A DNA stretch of 38,399 nucleotides from Candidatus Pacearchaeota archaeon (GTDB taxonomy: Archaea; Nanobdellota; Nanobdellia; Pacearchaeales; GW2011-AR1): NCBI GenBank assembly GCA_018304175.1, contig JAGVWT010000003.1:100695-139093 (forward strand). The letters are read 5' to 3'. This document shows positions 26,216 to 35,719 of this stretch, in pieces; the stretch's first letter is position 1; the number at the start of each line of letters is the position of its first letter. The notes beneath the pieces were generated by a model. That model did not search any database, was not told the DNA's origin, and saw only the letters and a program-made list of their open reading frames with translations. The translations under genes and the position numbers were made by a program.

Positions 26216-26301
26216 GCTGTAAAATTGTTAACACTAAAAACATAGATTCAGATTACGTTAACAGTTTGCATAAAAATATAGGCGACTTTGGAGTGAACTT
26301 T

Positions 26302-26556
26302 TTATTCCTTGAATTTCAGCACTTTGATTTTTCCAAGAGTTTTCTTTTTTGAAGTTATTTCTTTGTGTATGTTATTCACTTCCTCAGGACTTAATTCTAT
26401 TATTCCAGAACTATTTTCACCGCGGAAACAAACTTCAAGCACAATTCCTTTCGGATTGAGAAAATCCTCTTTTGTTATTATCTCCCTGATTTCCCCAGAA
26501 GTCTCAAGCTTTCCAATTTTTCCTCCATCAAAAAGCTTTTTTGTTCTGACTCTCAT
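26302..26556 (-). CDS. Small hypothetical protein
   Basis: 84 aa; EVCFRGENSSGIIELSPEE core. Confidence 0.7.
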   Translation of the reverse strand: MRVRTKKLFDGGKIGKLETSGEIREIITKEDFLNPKGIVLEVCFRGENSSGIIELSPEEVNNIHKEITSKKKTLGKIKVLKFKE

Positions 26557-26603
26557 GAAAACCCAGAATTTTATCCTTTAAAAGAATTTATGGAATGTAA
26601 AGA

Positions 26604-26876
26604 TTATTTTACTTTAATAATCAATAGTTTGTTATATACCCAAGCGAAAAGCCAGAAAAACGCAAATCCCATAATTAATGTAGCAATTGCTGAAGCAAGC
26701 ATTATAATTGTAATCTCAAATGTTCCAATTCCTCCTACTCCGTAAACACTTTGCAACAAGGAATTGTAAAAAGGAACAAATTTAACCAACAAAAACACTT
26801 CAAATATAAGTGTAAAAATCATTGCGACAAATCCTCCTGCCGCACCGAATTTTAGTTGGTTTAGTTTTTCTGTCAT
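26604..26876 (-). CDS. Small membrane protein (2 TM helices)
   Basis: Start set to MTEKL; FGAAGG...FFWLFAWVYNKL. Confidence 0.7.
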   Translation of the reverse strand: MTEKLNQLKFGAAGGFVAMIFTLIFEVFLLVKFVPFYNSLLQSVYGVGGIGTFEITIIMLASAIATLIMGFAFFWLFAWVYNKLLIIKVK

Positions 26877-26905
26877 TTTATAATCTTTTCGACAAAAGTA
26901 ATTTA

Positions 26906-27109
26906 TCACATTTTTTGTATAAAACAAATTTTTCTGCTACATTCTTCTCTGAAAATAAAATAGTGGCAAGGACGTAAACTAAGTGGTTCTATAACTCTTT
27001 CATAAACTGCATTGGTTTGAAACCCATCCCGTATATTTAATCTTATGACAATGCCTTTTGTTAAATCTTCTATGTTTCTAATAAGGGTAACTCTAACTTG
27101 GTCATTCAT
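26906..27109 (-). CDS. Hypothetical protein
   Basis: 67 aa; 8-nt overlap with the serS stop. Confidence 0.4.
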   Translation of the reverse strand: MNDQVRVTLIRNIEDLTKGIVIRLNIRDGFQTNAVYERVIEPLSLRPCHYFIFREECSRKICFIQKM

Positions 27110-28403
27110 TCTGTTTTTTATTTCCTGACCTTTTTAAAACTTTTTTTCCGTTCATATACTTATGCAAGGCACTTGGGATTTTAACACTTCCATCTTTTTG
27201 CTGGTGATTTTCTAAAATTGCAACCATAATTCTGGAAGTTGCAATTGCCGTGTTGTTTAGTGTGTGAAGAAAATATTTTTCTCCTTTTTTTGAAATCCCT
27301 TTAATGTTTAGTCCTCTTGATTGTGAATCAACGCAATTACTCAAAGATGTTACTTCTCCGTAATCTTTTGTCGTCGGCCTGTAGACTTCAATATCTTCCC
27401 CTTTTGCTTTCCAATCCCCTAAATCTCCAGAGCAAGATTCTATAATTCTGTAAGGGAGTTTTAATTTTTTCATTATTTCTTCCGAGTTTTTTTTCAACTC
27501 ATTGTAGTATTTCCAGGAATCTCTTGGATGGCAGAAAATAAACTGCTCTACTTTGTTGAACTGATGTGTTCTCCAGAGACCTTTTTCATTAATACCGTGG
27601 CTCCCAATTTCTTTTCTGAAACACATACTATATCCCAAAAATTTTAAAGGAAGATTTTTTTCGGGAGTTATTTTTTCTGAAAGCATTCCTAAAATAGAAT
27701 GTTCTGAAGTAGGAATCAAATACAAATCTTCGTCCTGAATTTTGTAAATTTTTGTTTTGAACGCTTCAAAATCTTCAGCCGCTTCTGCAACTTTTTTATG
27801 AACCATTAACGGCGGTTCTATGTATGTGTACTTTTTTTTTGACATCAGGTCAATTATGAACCTTATTAATGCCTGATTCAAAAGTGCTAGGTCTCCTTTT
27901 AGATAATAAAACCCTGCTCCTGAAACTTTTGCCGAAGCGTCAAAATCCCCTAAGCCAAGATTTTCTATAATCTCAACATGATTTCTTACAGGAAAATTAA
28001 AAGATTTTGGTTTTCCAGATTTTTTTCTTACAATGTTATCCTTGTCACTTTTTCCATGAGGCACCTTTTTTTCCATTAACGTCGGAATTTTCGCAATTCC
28101 TTTGTTTAGCTTCTCAAAAATCTCCTTCTCTTCTTCCTCAATTTTTTTCAGTATTTCAGGGATTTCCTTGGCTTTTTTTATTAAATCAGAGGCTTTTCTG
28201 TCATCTTTAGATTTTTTTGCCTTGTTTATGTTTTCTGAAATGCTGTTTCTTTCATGCCTTAAGTTATCTACTTGGACTTTTAGACTTCTCCATTTTTTGT
28301 CCAATTCAAGAACTTCATCAATGACTTTTATATCTTTGTTTTTCTTTTTATTATTATCTTTGTAAAGCTTTGGATTTTCTCTTAGATGTTTTATGTCAAT
28401 CAT
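27102..28403 (-). CDS. serS: Serine--tRNA ligase (standard type)
   Basis: MIDIK, N-terminal coiled coil, YLIPTSE, CFRKEIG, RTHQFNKVEQF, SLSNC, HTLNNTAIATSR. Confidence 0.96.
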   Translation of the reverse strand: MIDIKHLRENPKLYKDNNKKKNKDIKVIDEVLELDKKWRSLKVQVDNLRHERNSISENINKAKKSKDDRKASDLIKKAKEIPEILKKIEEEEKEIFEKLNKGIAKIPTLMEKKVPHGKSDKDNIVRKKSGKPKSFNFPVRNHVEIIENLGLGDFDASAKVSGAGFYYLKGDLALLNQALIRFIIDLMSKKKYTYIEPPLMVHKKVAEAAEDFEAFKTKIYKIQDEDLYLIPTSEHSILGMLSEKITPEKNLPLKFLGYSMCFRKEIGSHGINEKGLWRTHQFNKVEQFIFCHPRDSWKYYNELKKNSEEIMKKLKLPYRIIESCSGDLGDWKAKGEDIEVYRPTTKDYGEVTSLSNCVDSQSRGLNIKGISKKGEKYFLHTLNNTAIATSRIMVAILENHQQKDGSVKIPSALHKYMNGKKVLKRSGNKKQNE

Positions 28404-28507
28404 ATTAAAATTTAGGAATTATATTATTTAAATTTATTGAACTAAAAAGTTTTAAAAGTAACAAAAACTGTATTTAAAAGAGGTGTATGTAGTGTTAATT
28501 TTGAAAA

Positions 28508-29170
28508 ATGGCTACTGAAGCATTAACGCAGACGACTGAAAGTCTGATAGAAGGGTATAACATATTTCTTTCGACATTTCCTACTTTTTTGCAGCAATTT
28601 ATTAACTTGTTTTTGATAGTTTTTATTGTTGTTGTTTACTTTGTTTTGGTATGGAAATTTCATAATTTCATAGCGACTAAGAATGTTATTAACCTGAATC
28701 TTAATCAATATAATCAGGTTGAACACCCCTCTCTGGCTAAATTTTTGGCGGGTAGTTTATATCTTGTTGAATACATAATTATTCTGCCGTTTGTAATTTT
28801 CTTCTGGTTTTCAGTATTTACCTTTTTTCTTGTGTTGTTTACAGAGGACTTGTCAATAGGCACAACCCTAATTGTTTCTGCTACTTTAGTATCTTCGATA
28901 AGAATGATAGCGTATTACAGAGAAGGGCTTGCAAAAGAGCTCGCGAAACTTCTTCCTTTTACAATTCTTGCAATATCCTTCCTAAATCCTAATTTCTTTC
29001 ACGTTGAAAGATTAGTCGGACAATTAATTCAAATTCCTGATTTTTTCAGCCAGATTTTAATATATTTTGTTTTCATAATTATACTTGAAACAATATTAAG
29101 ATTCTTTGATTTTTTGTTTTCATTTTTTGGGATGGAAGAGCCAGTTCAAGAAGAATATGGGGAAGAGTAG
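28508..29170 (+). CDS. Multi-pass membrane hypothetical protein
   Basis: About 5 hydrophobic segments. Confidence 0.75.
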   Translation: MATEALTQTTESLIEGYNIFLSTFPTFLQQFINLFLIVFIVVVYFVLVWKFHNFIATKNVINLNLNQYNQVEHPSLAKFLAGSLYLVEYIIILPFVIFFWFSVFTFFLVLFTEDLSIGTTLIVSATLVSSIRMIAYYREGLAKELAKLLPFTILAISFLNPNFFHVERLVGQLIQIPDFFSQILIYFVFIIILETILRFFDFLFSFFGMEEPVQEEYGEE

Positions 29171-29204
29171 AAAGTAATAAATATTTAATAATCTATAGTA
29201 ATTT

Positions 29205-29837
29205 ATGAGAAAAAATTTAAATAACAAAGTAAGAATTATCTCGGTTGATTTTCAGAAAGAATTTAGTCTTCAAAGTGGTAATCATTACAAATCAAGAAAA
29301 AGTGTTGGTTTTATTAAAAATACTCTAGTTCCATATCTTAGAAAAGAAAATATTAAAATTGCTGAGATAATTTCTGATTATAGACAACCTCGACCAGGAG
29401 ATAGGGATGATTCAACAAGACCTGGAGAATTGGGCTATGAATCCGAAATTCCTGATGATGTCAAAATCAAACCACAGTGGATTAAGTGTATGAATTCTCC
29501 AATTTGGATAAGGAACAATATTGGTAATCCAAATAAAAAACCAGGAATACCTTATCAAGATTCAGAGAGTTTTACTAAATGGTTAGATAAAGTTGTTGGT
29601 AAACCTAATAGTTTAGATGCAGTTATTCTTATAGGCTTAACAGCAGATTGTTGTGTTTTCTGCACTTCACAAGAATTAAGTTGGAGAGGTTATAATGTTA
29701 AAGTTCTTAGCGAGGGTGTTGCGACTTATTCAGGAAGTGAAAAAGAGAAAGAAATGATTCTTTCTAATCCTCCATTTACTAATTGGGCAGAAGCCATTAA
29801 TTTAAGTAATTTAAAAAAAATGTTAAAATCCAATTAA
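29205..29837 (+). CDS. Isochorismatase/cysteine hydrolase family protein
   Basis: ISVDFQKEF (Asp), WIK (Lys), IGLTADCCV (Cys) triad pattern. Confidence 0.8.
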   Translation: MRKNLNNKVRIISVDFQKEFSLQSGNHYKSRKSVGFIKNTLVPYLRKENIKIAEIISDYRQPRPGDRDDSTRPGELGYESEIPDDVKIKPQWIKCMNSPIWIRNNIGNPNKKPGIPYQDSESFTKWLDKVVGKPNSLDAVILIGLTADCCVFCTSQELSWRGYNVKVLSEGVATYSGSEKEKEMILSNPPFTNWAEAINLSNLKKMLKSN

Positions 29838-31546
29838 TTCCTAGAAACTTCGGGATGATCTTTTCCTGTTCTGCTCATTTCTTTCAACATCTCAATGTGT
29901 TTTTCTTTTTCTTTTTTGTAGTCTTCTTTGTCTACTCCTGATTTTTCAATCATTTTTGCCAAATATTCTCCACCTAAAAAATGCGGCGTTAAAACATAAG
30001 TTGCACCTTTTTTGTAAAAATCAATTGCATCTTTGATGCTATGCGCTCTTACAATGATTATTGCATTTTTGTTTTTCAGTCTTGTTTTTTCTATCAAAAG
30101 GAAATTTGTTTCTGCTTCTGGAATTGTTGAAATTATGAGTTTTGTTTTACTTAAAGGTAATTCATCAAGAAACTCAGTGTCGTCGGCATCTCCGTATAAT
30201 GAAGGAATTCCAAATCTTGAAAGTGTTGATATCGTTTCTGGATTGAAATCAATTACGAGATAATTCTTTTTTATTTTTTTCAGCACGTTTAGAATATTGA
30301 ATCCGATTCTGTTGTAGCCAAATAAAATTGCGTCGTAATTTTTATTAATTTTTTTCTTTTCTTTAATATCTTTTCTTTCAAAGATATTAAGATATTTTGA
30401 GAAAATGGGATAGATTTTGTTGGAGTAACTTATCATATATGTTGAACCTGCGATTGTGATTAATCCAATCATTGTTATAATTGATAGAATTTCCTGGTTC
30501 AAATGTCCAACTGTAATTCCTAATGCGACCATTATTATTGAAAATTCTCCTATTTGTGCGACAGTCATCCCGGCCATGAAACTGCTCCTTTTTGTGTAGC
30601 CTAAAAATCCCATGAGTGCTATGACAATCAATGGATTCCCGACGAGGATGACAAGCGAGAAAATCAATATTGAAACCGAGTTATTCATCACATCTCCGAA
30701 AACCATTTGCGAACCTATGAAGATGAAGAATAATATTAGGAAGAAATCCCTTAATGGTTTGAGTTTTGAACTTATTTCAGTGCTGTATGGGCTCATCGAC
30801 AAAGCCACACCTGCGAACAAAGCACCGATTTCGAGAGAGAAATTCATATAGCTGAACAAACTTGCGAGAGCCAAACACCATGCAATAGAGAAAAGAAAAA
30901 GCAATTCTTGTGTTCTCGCAGCAACTTTGATTATGGAAGGTAAGAAGTAAATACTAAATCCAAAAAGAAAAATTGTAGCTAGGACTCCTTTTAACAAAGT
31001 CATTACAATCAATGGCGATGCACTTACTCCAACTGAAAGTGAGGAAATTAACATTAATGCAAAAATTGCTATTAAATCCTGGACGATAAGAAAACCAATT
31101 GCTATCTTTCCGTAAACTGTTTCAAGGTCTCCTTTGTCCGAAAGAAGTTTCATGATTATAATTGTGCTGCTAAATGTCAAAGCGACTGCGATGTATACTG
31201 AAGCCGTGAATGAAAATCCAAGAGAATATGCAATCAGAAAACCTATTATTGATGTAAAAATGACTTGCCCAATTCCTGTAATCAAAGATACTTTTCCTAC
31301 TTCCTTAATAACTTTAGGATTCAAATGCAAACCGACTGTGAAAAGAAGCAATGCAACACCTATTTTCGAGAAAGTTCCGACGGCGTCGCTTGCACTTAAA
31401 AGATTGAAAAAATAAGGGCCAACAATAATTCCTGTAATTATATAACCCATAATTAACGGCTGTTTTAAAATACGCATAATTGCAGCTACAACCATTGCGA
31501 TAATTATTATCAAACTTATGTTTAAAAAAATTGAATCTAAAGCCAT
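29834..31546 (-). CDS. CPA2 cation:proton antiporter with TrkA-N domain (Kef-like)
   Basis: About 12 TM helices, LLFTVGL, FSSTIII.K.L, LIVQDL, GALFAG, AQIGEF, GYNRIG...LYGDA. Confidence 0.92.
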   Translation of the reverse strand: MALDSIFLNISLIIIIAMVVAAIMRILKQPLIMGYIITGIIVGPYFFNLLSASDAVGTFSKIGVALLLFTVGLHLNPKVIKEVGKVSLITGIGQVIFTSIIGFLIAYSLGFSFTASVYIAVALTFSSTIIIMKLLSDKGDLETVYGKIAIGFLIVQDLIAIFALMLISSLSVGVSASPLIVMTLLKGVLATIFLFGFSIYFLPSIIKVAARTQELLFLFSIAWCLALASLFSYMNFSLEIGALFAGVALSMSPYSTEISSKLKPLRDFFLILFFIFIGSQMVFGDVMNNSVSILIFSLVILVGNPLIVIALMGFLGYTKRSSFMAGMTVAQIGEFSIIMVALGITVGHLNQEILSIITMIGLITIAGSTYMISYSNKIYPIFSKYLNIFERKDIKEKKKINKNYDAILFGYNRIGFNILNVLKKIKKNYLVIDFNPETISTLSRFGIPSLYGDADDTEFLDELPLSKTKLIISTIPEAETNFLLIEKTRLKNKNAIIIVRAHSIKDAIDFYKKGATYVLTPHFLGGEYLAKMIEKSGVDKEDYKKEKEKHIEMLKEMSRTGKDHPEVSRN

Positions 31547-31697
31547 GAATGAACTTAAACCCTCTTTTTACATCAATAGAAAAACGACTATAAAAAGTTT
31601 TTACTTGGAGAAAACTTTAAATAGCAAACTTACAAAATTCAATTATGTCAAAGCCGGAAAATCAAAGATTTTCCGCTATTGTCATTTTATAAACAAA

Positions 31698-32006
31698 ATG
31701 CCAAGAGTAAGAGTTAAGCTGAATAGCACAGATATTGGAATGCTCAATGATATTTGTAATTCTATCAGTGATTTGGCTAAAAAATCTGGAATATTAATCC
31801 GTGGGCCAGTTACATTACCAACACAAAGATTGAAAATCACCACGAGAAAATCGCCATGTGGCGATGGAACTGCGACATTTGACAGGTTTGAGATGAGAAT
31901 TCACAAAAGACTCATAGACCTTCCGGCTAATGAAAAAGTTCTCCATAATATCATGCGCCTTCAAATTCCCAAGAGCGTAAACATAAAAATTGAAGTTAAA
32001 GATTAA
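31698..32006 (+). CDS. rpsJ: 30S ribosomal protein uS10
   Basis: MPRVRVKL, RGPVTLPT, TRKSPCGDGTATFDRFEMRIHKRLID. Start moved from 31518 to 31698. Confidence 0.96.
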   Translation: MPRVRVKLNSTDIGMLNDICNSISDLAKKSGILIRGPVTLPTQRLKITTRKSPCGDGTATFDRFEMRIHKRLIDLPANEKVLHNIMRLQIPKSVNIKIEVKD

Positions 32007-32936
32007 TTATATTCTTTCGAGTTTTCCTAAAAATTCAATCCTTTCTCTTTTGTTAACAAATATCTCTTCCGCAACTTTATTTTTATCTTCACCTTTCATA
32101 ATTTTGGAAAGTCCTTTTATATCCAATGAAGATAATAACATTCCATTTAAATTGTAATCCTCAAATGCTTCATATGCATTAGGTGCAATTGCCCTCGCCA
32201 TTTCTCCCATATGGTCTGCATAAACTCTAATTTCTTTTTGTGCATGAGCATCCTTTCTTAACCCTAAAAAATGAAAAAGATTATGCAAATTAGTTTTCCA
32301 GTACCATTGAGTATAGAAGTTCAAGGATAAATTCATTCTAGCTAATTCGCGTGCAAGCATTGGGTCTTCTGGGTTTTTTGGATTGCCTTTTCCGTCGTCG
32401 TTTAGAAGATTTTCATAACCTTCATATGCTCTTGAAGCACTATCTTTTAACAATTCTAAAATTTTCTGTGCTTGTTCCGGACCGACTGGTTCGTCCCTTC
32501 CTTGCCTGTTTGACTTTGCCTGAATACCTAAATCTTCTGGAGAGGGAACATAAAATTCATTGTCAAGAATAGAATATCTTGCAGAATACTCATTTATGCT
32601 TGCTGTCCTGTGTCTAACCCATTGCCTCGCGACAAAAATCGGTAACTTCGCATGAAATTTTGTTTCAACCATTTCAAAAGGAGTTGTATGTATGTGTCGC
32701 ATCAAATATCTTATTAATCCTTTATCCTCGCTAACCTTTTTTGTTCCACGACCATAAGAAACTCTTGCTGCTTGCACAATAGACTCATCACCACCCATAT
32801 AATCAACTAACCTGACAAAACCGTGGTCTAAACATTGAAAAGGTTTGTACAAAACATTTTCAGCTGAAGGAATTGTTAATCTTTTAGTTTCTGAAACTCC
32901 GTACGGATTCAAATCAATTTCCTCTTTTTCTGTCAT
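32007..32936 (-). CDS. thyX: Flavin-dependent thymidylate synthase
   Basis: AARVSY, HTTPFE, RHRTASINEYSARY, LARMNL, HAQKEIR. Confidence 0.95.
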   Translation of the reverse strand: MTEKEEIDLNPYGVSETKRLTIPSAENVLYKPFQCLDHGFVRLVDYMGGDESIVQAARVSYGRGTKKVSEDKGLIRYLMRHIHTTPFEMVETKFHAKLPIFVARQWVRHRTASINEYSARYSILDNEFYVPSPEDLGIQAKSNRQGRDEPVGPEQAQKILELLKDSASRAYEGYENLLNDDGKGNPKNPEDPMLARELARMNLSLNFYTQWYWKTNLHNLFHFLGLRKDAHAQKEIRVYADHMGEMARAIAPNAYEAFEDYNLNGMLLSSLDIKGLSKIMKGEDKNKVAEEIFVNKRERIEFLGKLERI

Positions 32937-33020
32937 AAATTAAAAAAACAGAAATAGTATTTAAACAAATCTATAATGAAAAACAATAATTAATATATAC
33001 CAACAAAAATAACAATTAAA

Positions 33021-33668
33021 ATGCCAGAAGATAAAAAAGATAGATATGGTTTGTTTATTGTTCTCGAAGGAATTGACGGCTCAGGCACGACGACTCAGAT
33101 AAATCACTTGCACAATCATATCAAAAGTTTGTCTAGATACGTAGATGTTTTAACAACACATGAGCCTTGGAGAAGCGAGGAAATAAAACGAATTTTAGAG
33201 GAAGACAAGGATGCTTATTCAAATGCAGAAGAGATGACTAAGTTATATATTGAAGACAGAAGCAGGCACGTAAATGAATTGATAAACGCCAGCAGAGAGC
33301 ATGGAGTTAATGTTTTAAGTGATAGATATATGATGTCTACTTTTGCGTATCAAGGAACTCAGGGAGTAAGTGTTGATGCAATAAGAAAAATGCATCAGAA
33401 AATGGGAATAAAAAAACCAGATTTAACATTTTTTCTTGATGTTGATTATGAAGTTGCAAGGGATAGAATTAAAAGTAGAGGAGGGGACCTTGAAAAGTTT
33501 GAAAGTAACGAAGAATTTACACGAAAACTTATAGAAAATTATAGAAACTTAGTACAAAACGAGCCATCTTTAGGAAGAATCGTGACAATTAACGGAAATA
33601 ATTCTATTGAAAGGGTTGCAGATGAAATTGCTGAAAACTTTGACCTTTTGTTTAGAGAAAGATACTAG
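33021..33668 (+). CDS. tmk: Thymidylate kinase (P-loop Lys replaced by Thr)
   Basis: FIVLEGIDGSGTTTQ, THEP, SDRY...AYQG, PDLTFFLDV. Confidence 0.88.
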   Translation: MPEDKKDRYGLFIVLEGIDGSGTTTQINHLHNHIKSLSRYVDVLTTHEPWRSEEIKRILEEDKDAYSNAEEMTKLYIEDRSRHVNELINASREHGVNVLSDRYMMSTFAYQGTQGVSVDAIRKMHQKMGIKKPDLTFFLDVDYEVARDRIKSRGGDLEKFESNEEFTRKLIENYRNLVQNEPSLGRIVTINGNNSIERVADEIAENFDLLFRERY

Positions 33669-33734
33669 TAATACAGGAAACCTTTAAAAACAAATTTCGC
33701 CAGAATTCTTTATATAAACATATTTTATTTTCAA

Positions 33735-33842
33735 ATGAAAAGAAGTTCAAGACGATGGAAAAAAAGATGGCAGATGAGATGGAAGTGGCAGAGAAAACGC
33801 CTCAAGAAAGAAAAGCGAAAGCGTAAGCAGAGACGTAGTTAA
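33735..33842 (+). CDS. rpl41e: Ribosomal protein eL41 (eS32)
   Basis: Missed by ORF track (35 aa): MKRSSRRWKKRWQMRWKWQRKRLKKEKRKRKQRRS. WKK..MRWKW is the archaeal L41e signature. Confidence 0.85.
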   Translation: MKRSSRRWKKRWQMRWKWQRKRLKKEKRKRKQRRS

Positions 33843-33911
33843 TTATTCTATATCTTTAATCACAAAAATAAATATAAACCTTTTTCCCTGGAAATAATAA
33901 AAGGTGAAAAT

Positions 33912-34160
33912 ATGCGCAGATATTATACAAGCATGCTGAGGGAAGACATCGATAATTTCTTGGGGGCTGTTAATTATTACGTAACTTATACAAGGGGAAG
34001 TGAAGATTATCAAAATAACCTCCAAAACGGTGCAAGATTCAGGAATGCTTGCGATATTCTTAGGAGTATGAAATTATCTGGGACTAATGTTGCTGATATC
34101 TTGTTAGATAATTCTACAAGAAAACTTCTCGAGAAAATATTTAATTTAGGAGAACATTAA
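33912..34160 (+). CDS. Hypothetical protein
   Basis: 82-aa ORF co-oriented between eL41 and rfcS. Confidence 0.5.
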   Translation: MRRYYTSMLREDIDNFLGAVNYYVTYTRGSEDYQNNLQNGARFRNACDILRSMKLSGTNVADILLDNSTRKLLEKIFNLGEH

Positions 34161-34218
34161 AATAATACTTCTCGTTCAACATAATAATCTTTATAAGTAT
34201 TGACAGGGATTTCTTATT

Positions 34219-35175
34219 ATGAGTGAGATTTGGACTGAAAAATACAGACCTGGAAAATTTGAGGATGTTGTCGGACAGGATGAGATTGTGAAAAGAGTGA
34301 AGGCGTTGACTAATTCTCTTAACATTCCGCATTTGCTTTTTGCAGGGCCTCCTGGAACAGGCAAATCAACTCTTGCTTTGATTACTGTGAAGGACCTTTA
34401 CGGAGACAAATGGAGGGAGAATTATCTTGAGCTGAACGCTAGTGATGAAAGGGGAATTCAAATTGTCAGAGAAAAAGTAAAGAATTTTGCGAGAACAAAA
34501 TCTCTTGGAAATGTTCCTTTCAAAGTTATATTCCTCGATGAAGCTGATGCTTTGACTCCTGAAGCTCAGCAGGCACTTAGGAGAACGATGGAAAATTATT
34601 CTGCAACTTGTAGGTTTATTCTTTCGTGCAATTATTCAAGCAAAATAATTGACCCAATCCAGTCGCGTTGTGCTATTTTTAGGTTTAAATTACTGGAAAA
34701 AAAAGATGTTGAAAAAATAATAACCAAAATAGCTGTAAGTGAAAAAATAACAATAACTTCTGAAGCAGTTAGTGTGCTTTATGAAGGAAGCGAGGGAGAC
34801 TGTCGAAAATGCATAAATCTTTTGCAGGCAACAGCTTCAATATCCCCTTCTATAGGTGCTGATTTGGTTTCGACAATTCTTTCAAGCGCAAAGCCGAAAG
34901 ATATTAGAGTTGTTTTGGATTATGCGTTAGCAGGAGAATTCCAAGAAGCACGAGAAAAACTTCTTGATTTGATGTTGAAGGAAAGCGTCTCTGGACAAGA
35001 TGTTATCAAATCGATTCAAAAAGAAATTTGGAATCTTCCTGTAGAGCCGATGATAAAAGTCAAACTTACTGAAAAAACAGGTGAAGCAGAATTCAGAATT
35101 GTTGAGGGCTCTGATCCTTTTATACAACTCCAAGCACTCATTGCGAGTTTCGTTTTGGCGGGACTTGGCAAATAA
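34219..35175 (+). CDS. rfcS: Replication factor C small subunit
   Basis: WTEKYRP, GPPGTGKS, ELNASDERG, VIFLDEAD, SRC; no intein. Confidence 0.96.
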   Translation: MSEIWTEKYRPGKFEDVVGQDEIVKRVKALTNSLNIPHLLFAGPPGTGKSTLALITVKDLYGDKWRENYLELNASDERGIQIVREKVKNFARTKSLGNVPFKVIFLDEADALTPEAQQALRRTMENYSATCRFILSCNYSSKIIDPIQSRCAIFRFKLLEKKDVEKIITKIAVSEKITITSEAVSVLYEGSEGDCRKCINLLQATASISPSIGADLVSTILSSAKPKDIRVVLDYALAGEFQEAREKLLDLMLKESVSGQDVIKSIQKEIWNLPVEPMIKVKLTEKTGEAEFRIVEGSDPFIQLQALIASFVLAGLGK

Positions 35176-35181
35176 TAAAAA

Positions 35182-35718
35182 ATGATAAAAAATATAGAGG
35201 TTGAATTAAGGAGTTTAATAAGCAAGGAGAAATATGAAGAACTTTTAAAATTTTTCAAACAAAATTCTAAATTTTTTGGAGAAGATTATCAGGAAACTTA
35301 TTATTTCGATTTTGAATCTAACTTCAGAATTCAACGAAATAATTCTGGAGCTAAAATATGGTATAAGAACGGAAAAGTTCATGACGATATAAGAGAAGAA
35401 GTTGAAATACACATAAACAAGAATGACTTTGACAGATTAGAAAGATTATTGGGTAAGATAGGTCATAGTGTGAAAATAAAATGGTTCAGGAAAAGAAATC
35501 AGTTTGATTGGAACGGAATTATTATTTCTTTAGATTATACAAAAGGTTATGGTTATATAATCGAGATGGAGTTGATGTCTAGTGAAGATGATAAAGAAAA
35601 GAATCTCCAGATATTAAAACAAAAATTCTCTGAATTGAACATACCAATAACTCCAAAAGAAGAATTCAAGAAAAAATATGAAGAATACATTGAAAATTGG
35701 GAGGAGCTGACAAGATAA
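35182..35718 (+). CDS. CYTH-domain (triphosphate tunnel metalloenzyme) protein
   Basis: IEVELR (ExExK variant), QETYYF, RIQR, K..R, LDYTKGYG..IEME. Confidence 0.85.
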   Translation: MIKNIEVELRSLISKEKYEELLKFFKQNSKFFGEDYQETYYFDFESNFRIQRNNSGAKIWYKNGKVHDDIREEVEIHINKNDFDRLERLLGKIGHSVKIKWFRKRNQFDWNGIIISLDYTKGYGYIIEMELMSSEDDKEKNLQILKQKFSELNIPITPKEEFKKKYEEYIENWEELTR

Positions 35719-35719
35719 A

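Noticed and set aside
25679-28403. serS near tRNA-Ser as a second synthetase-tRNA unit
   Set aside because: They are 1.3 kb apart with another tRNA and several genes between, so proximity may be coincidental.
31518-31697. 60-aa N-terminal extension on uS10 (similarly on eL33 17214-17273, the pilin 5092-5175 and 26877-26927)
   Set aside because: The extensions overlap neighbouring genes or promoters; family alignment starts at the downstream Met.
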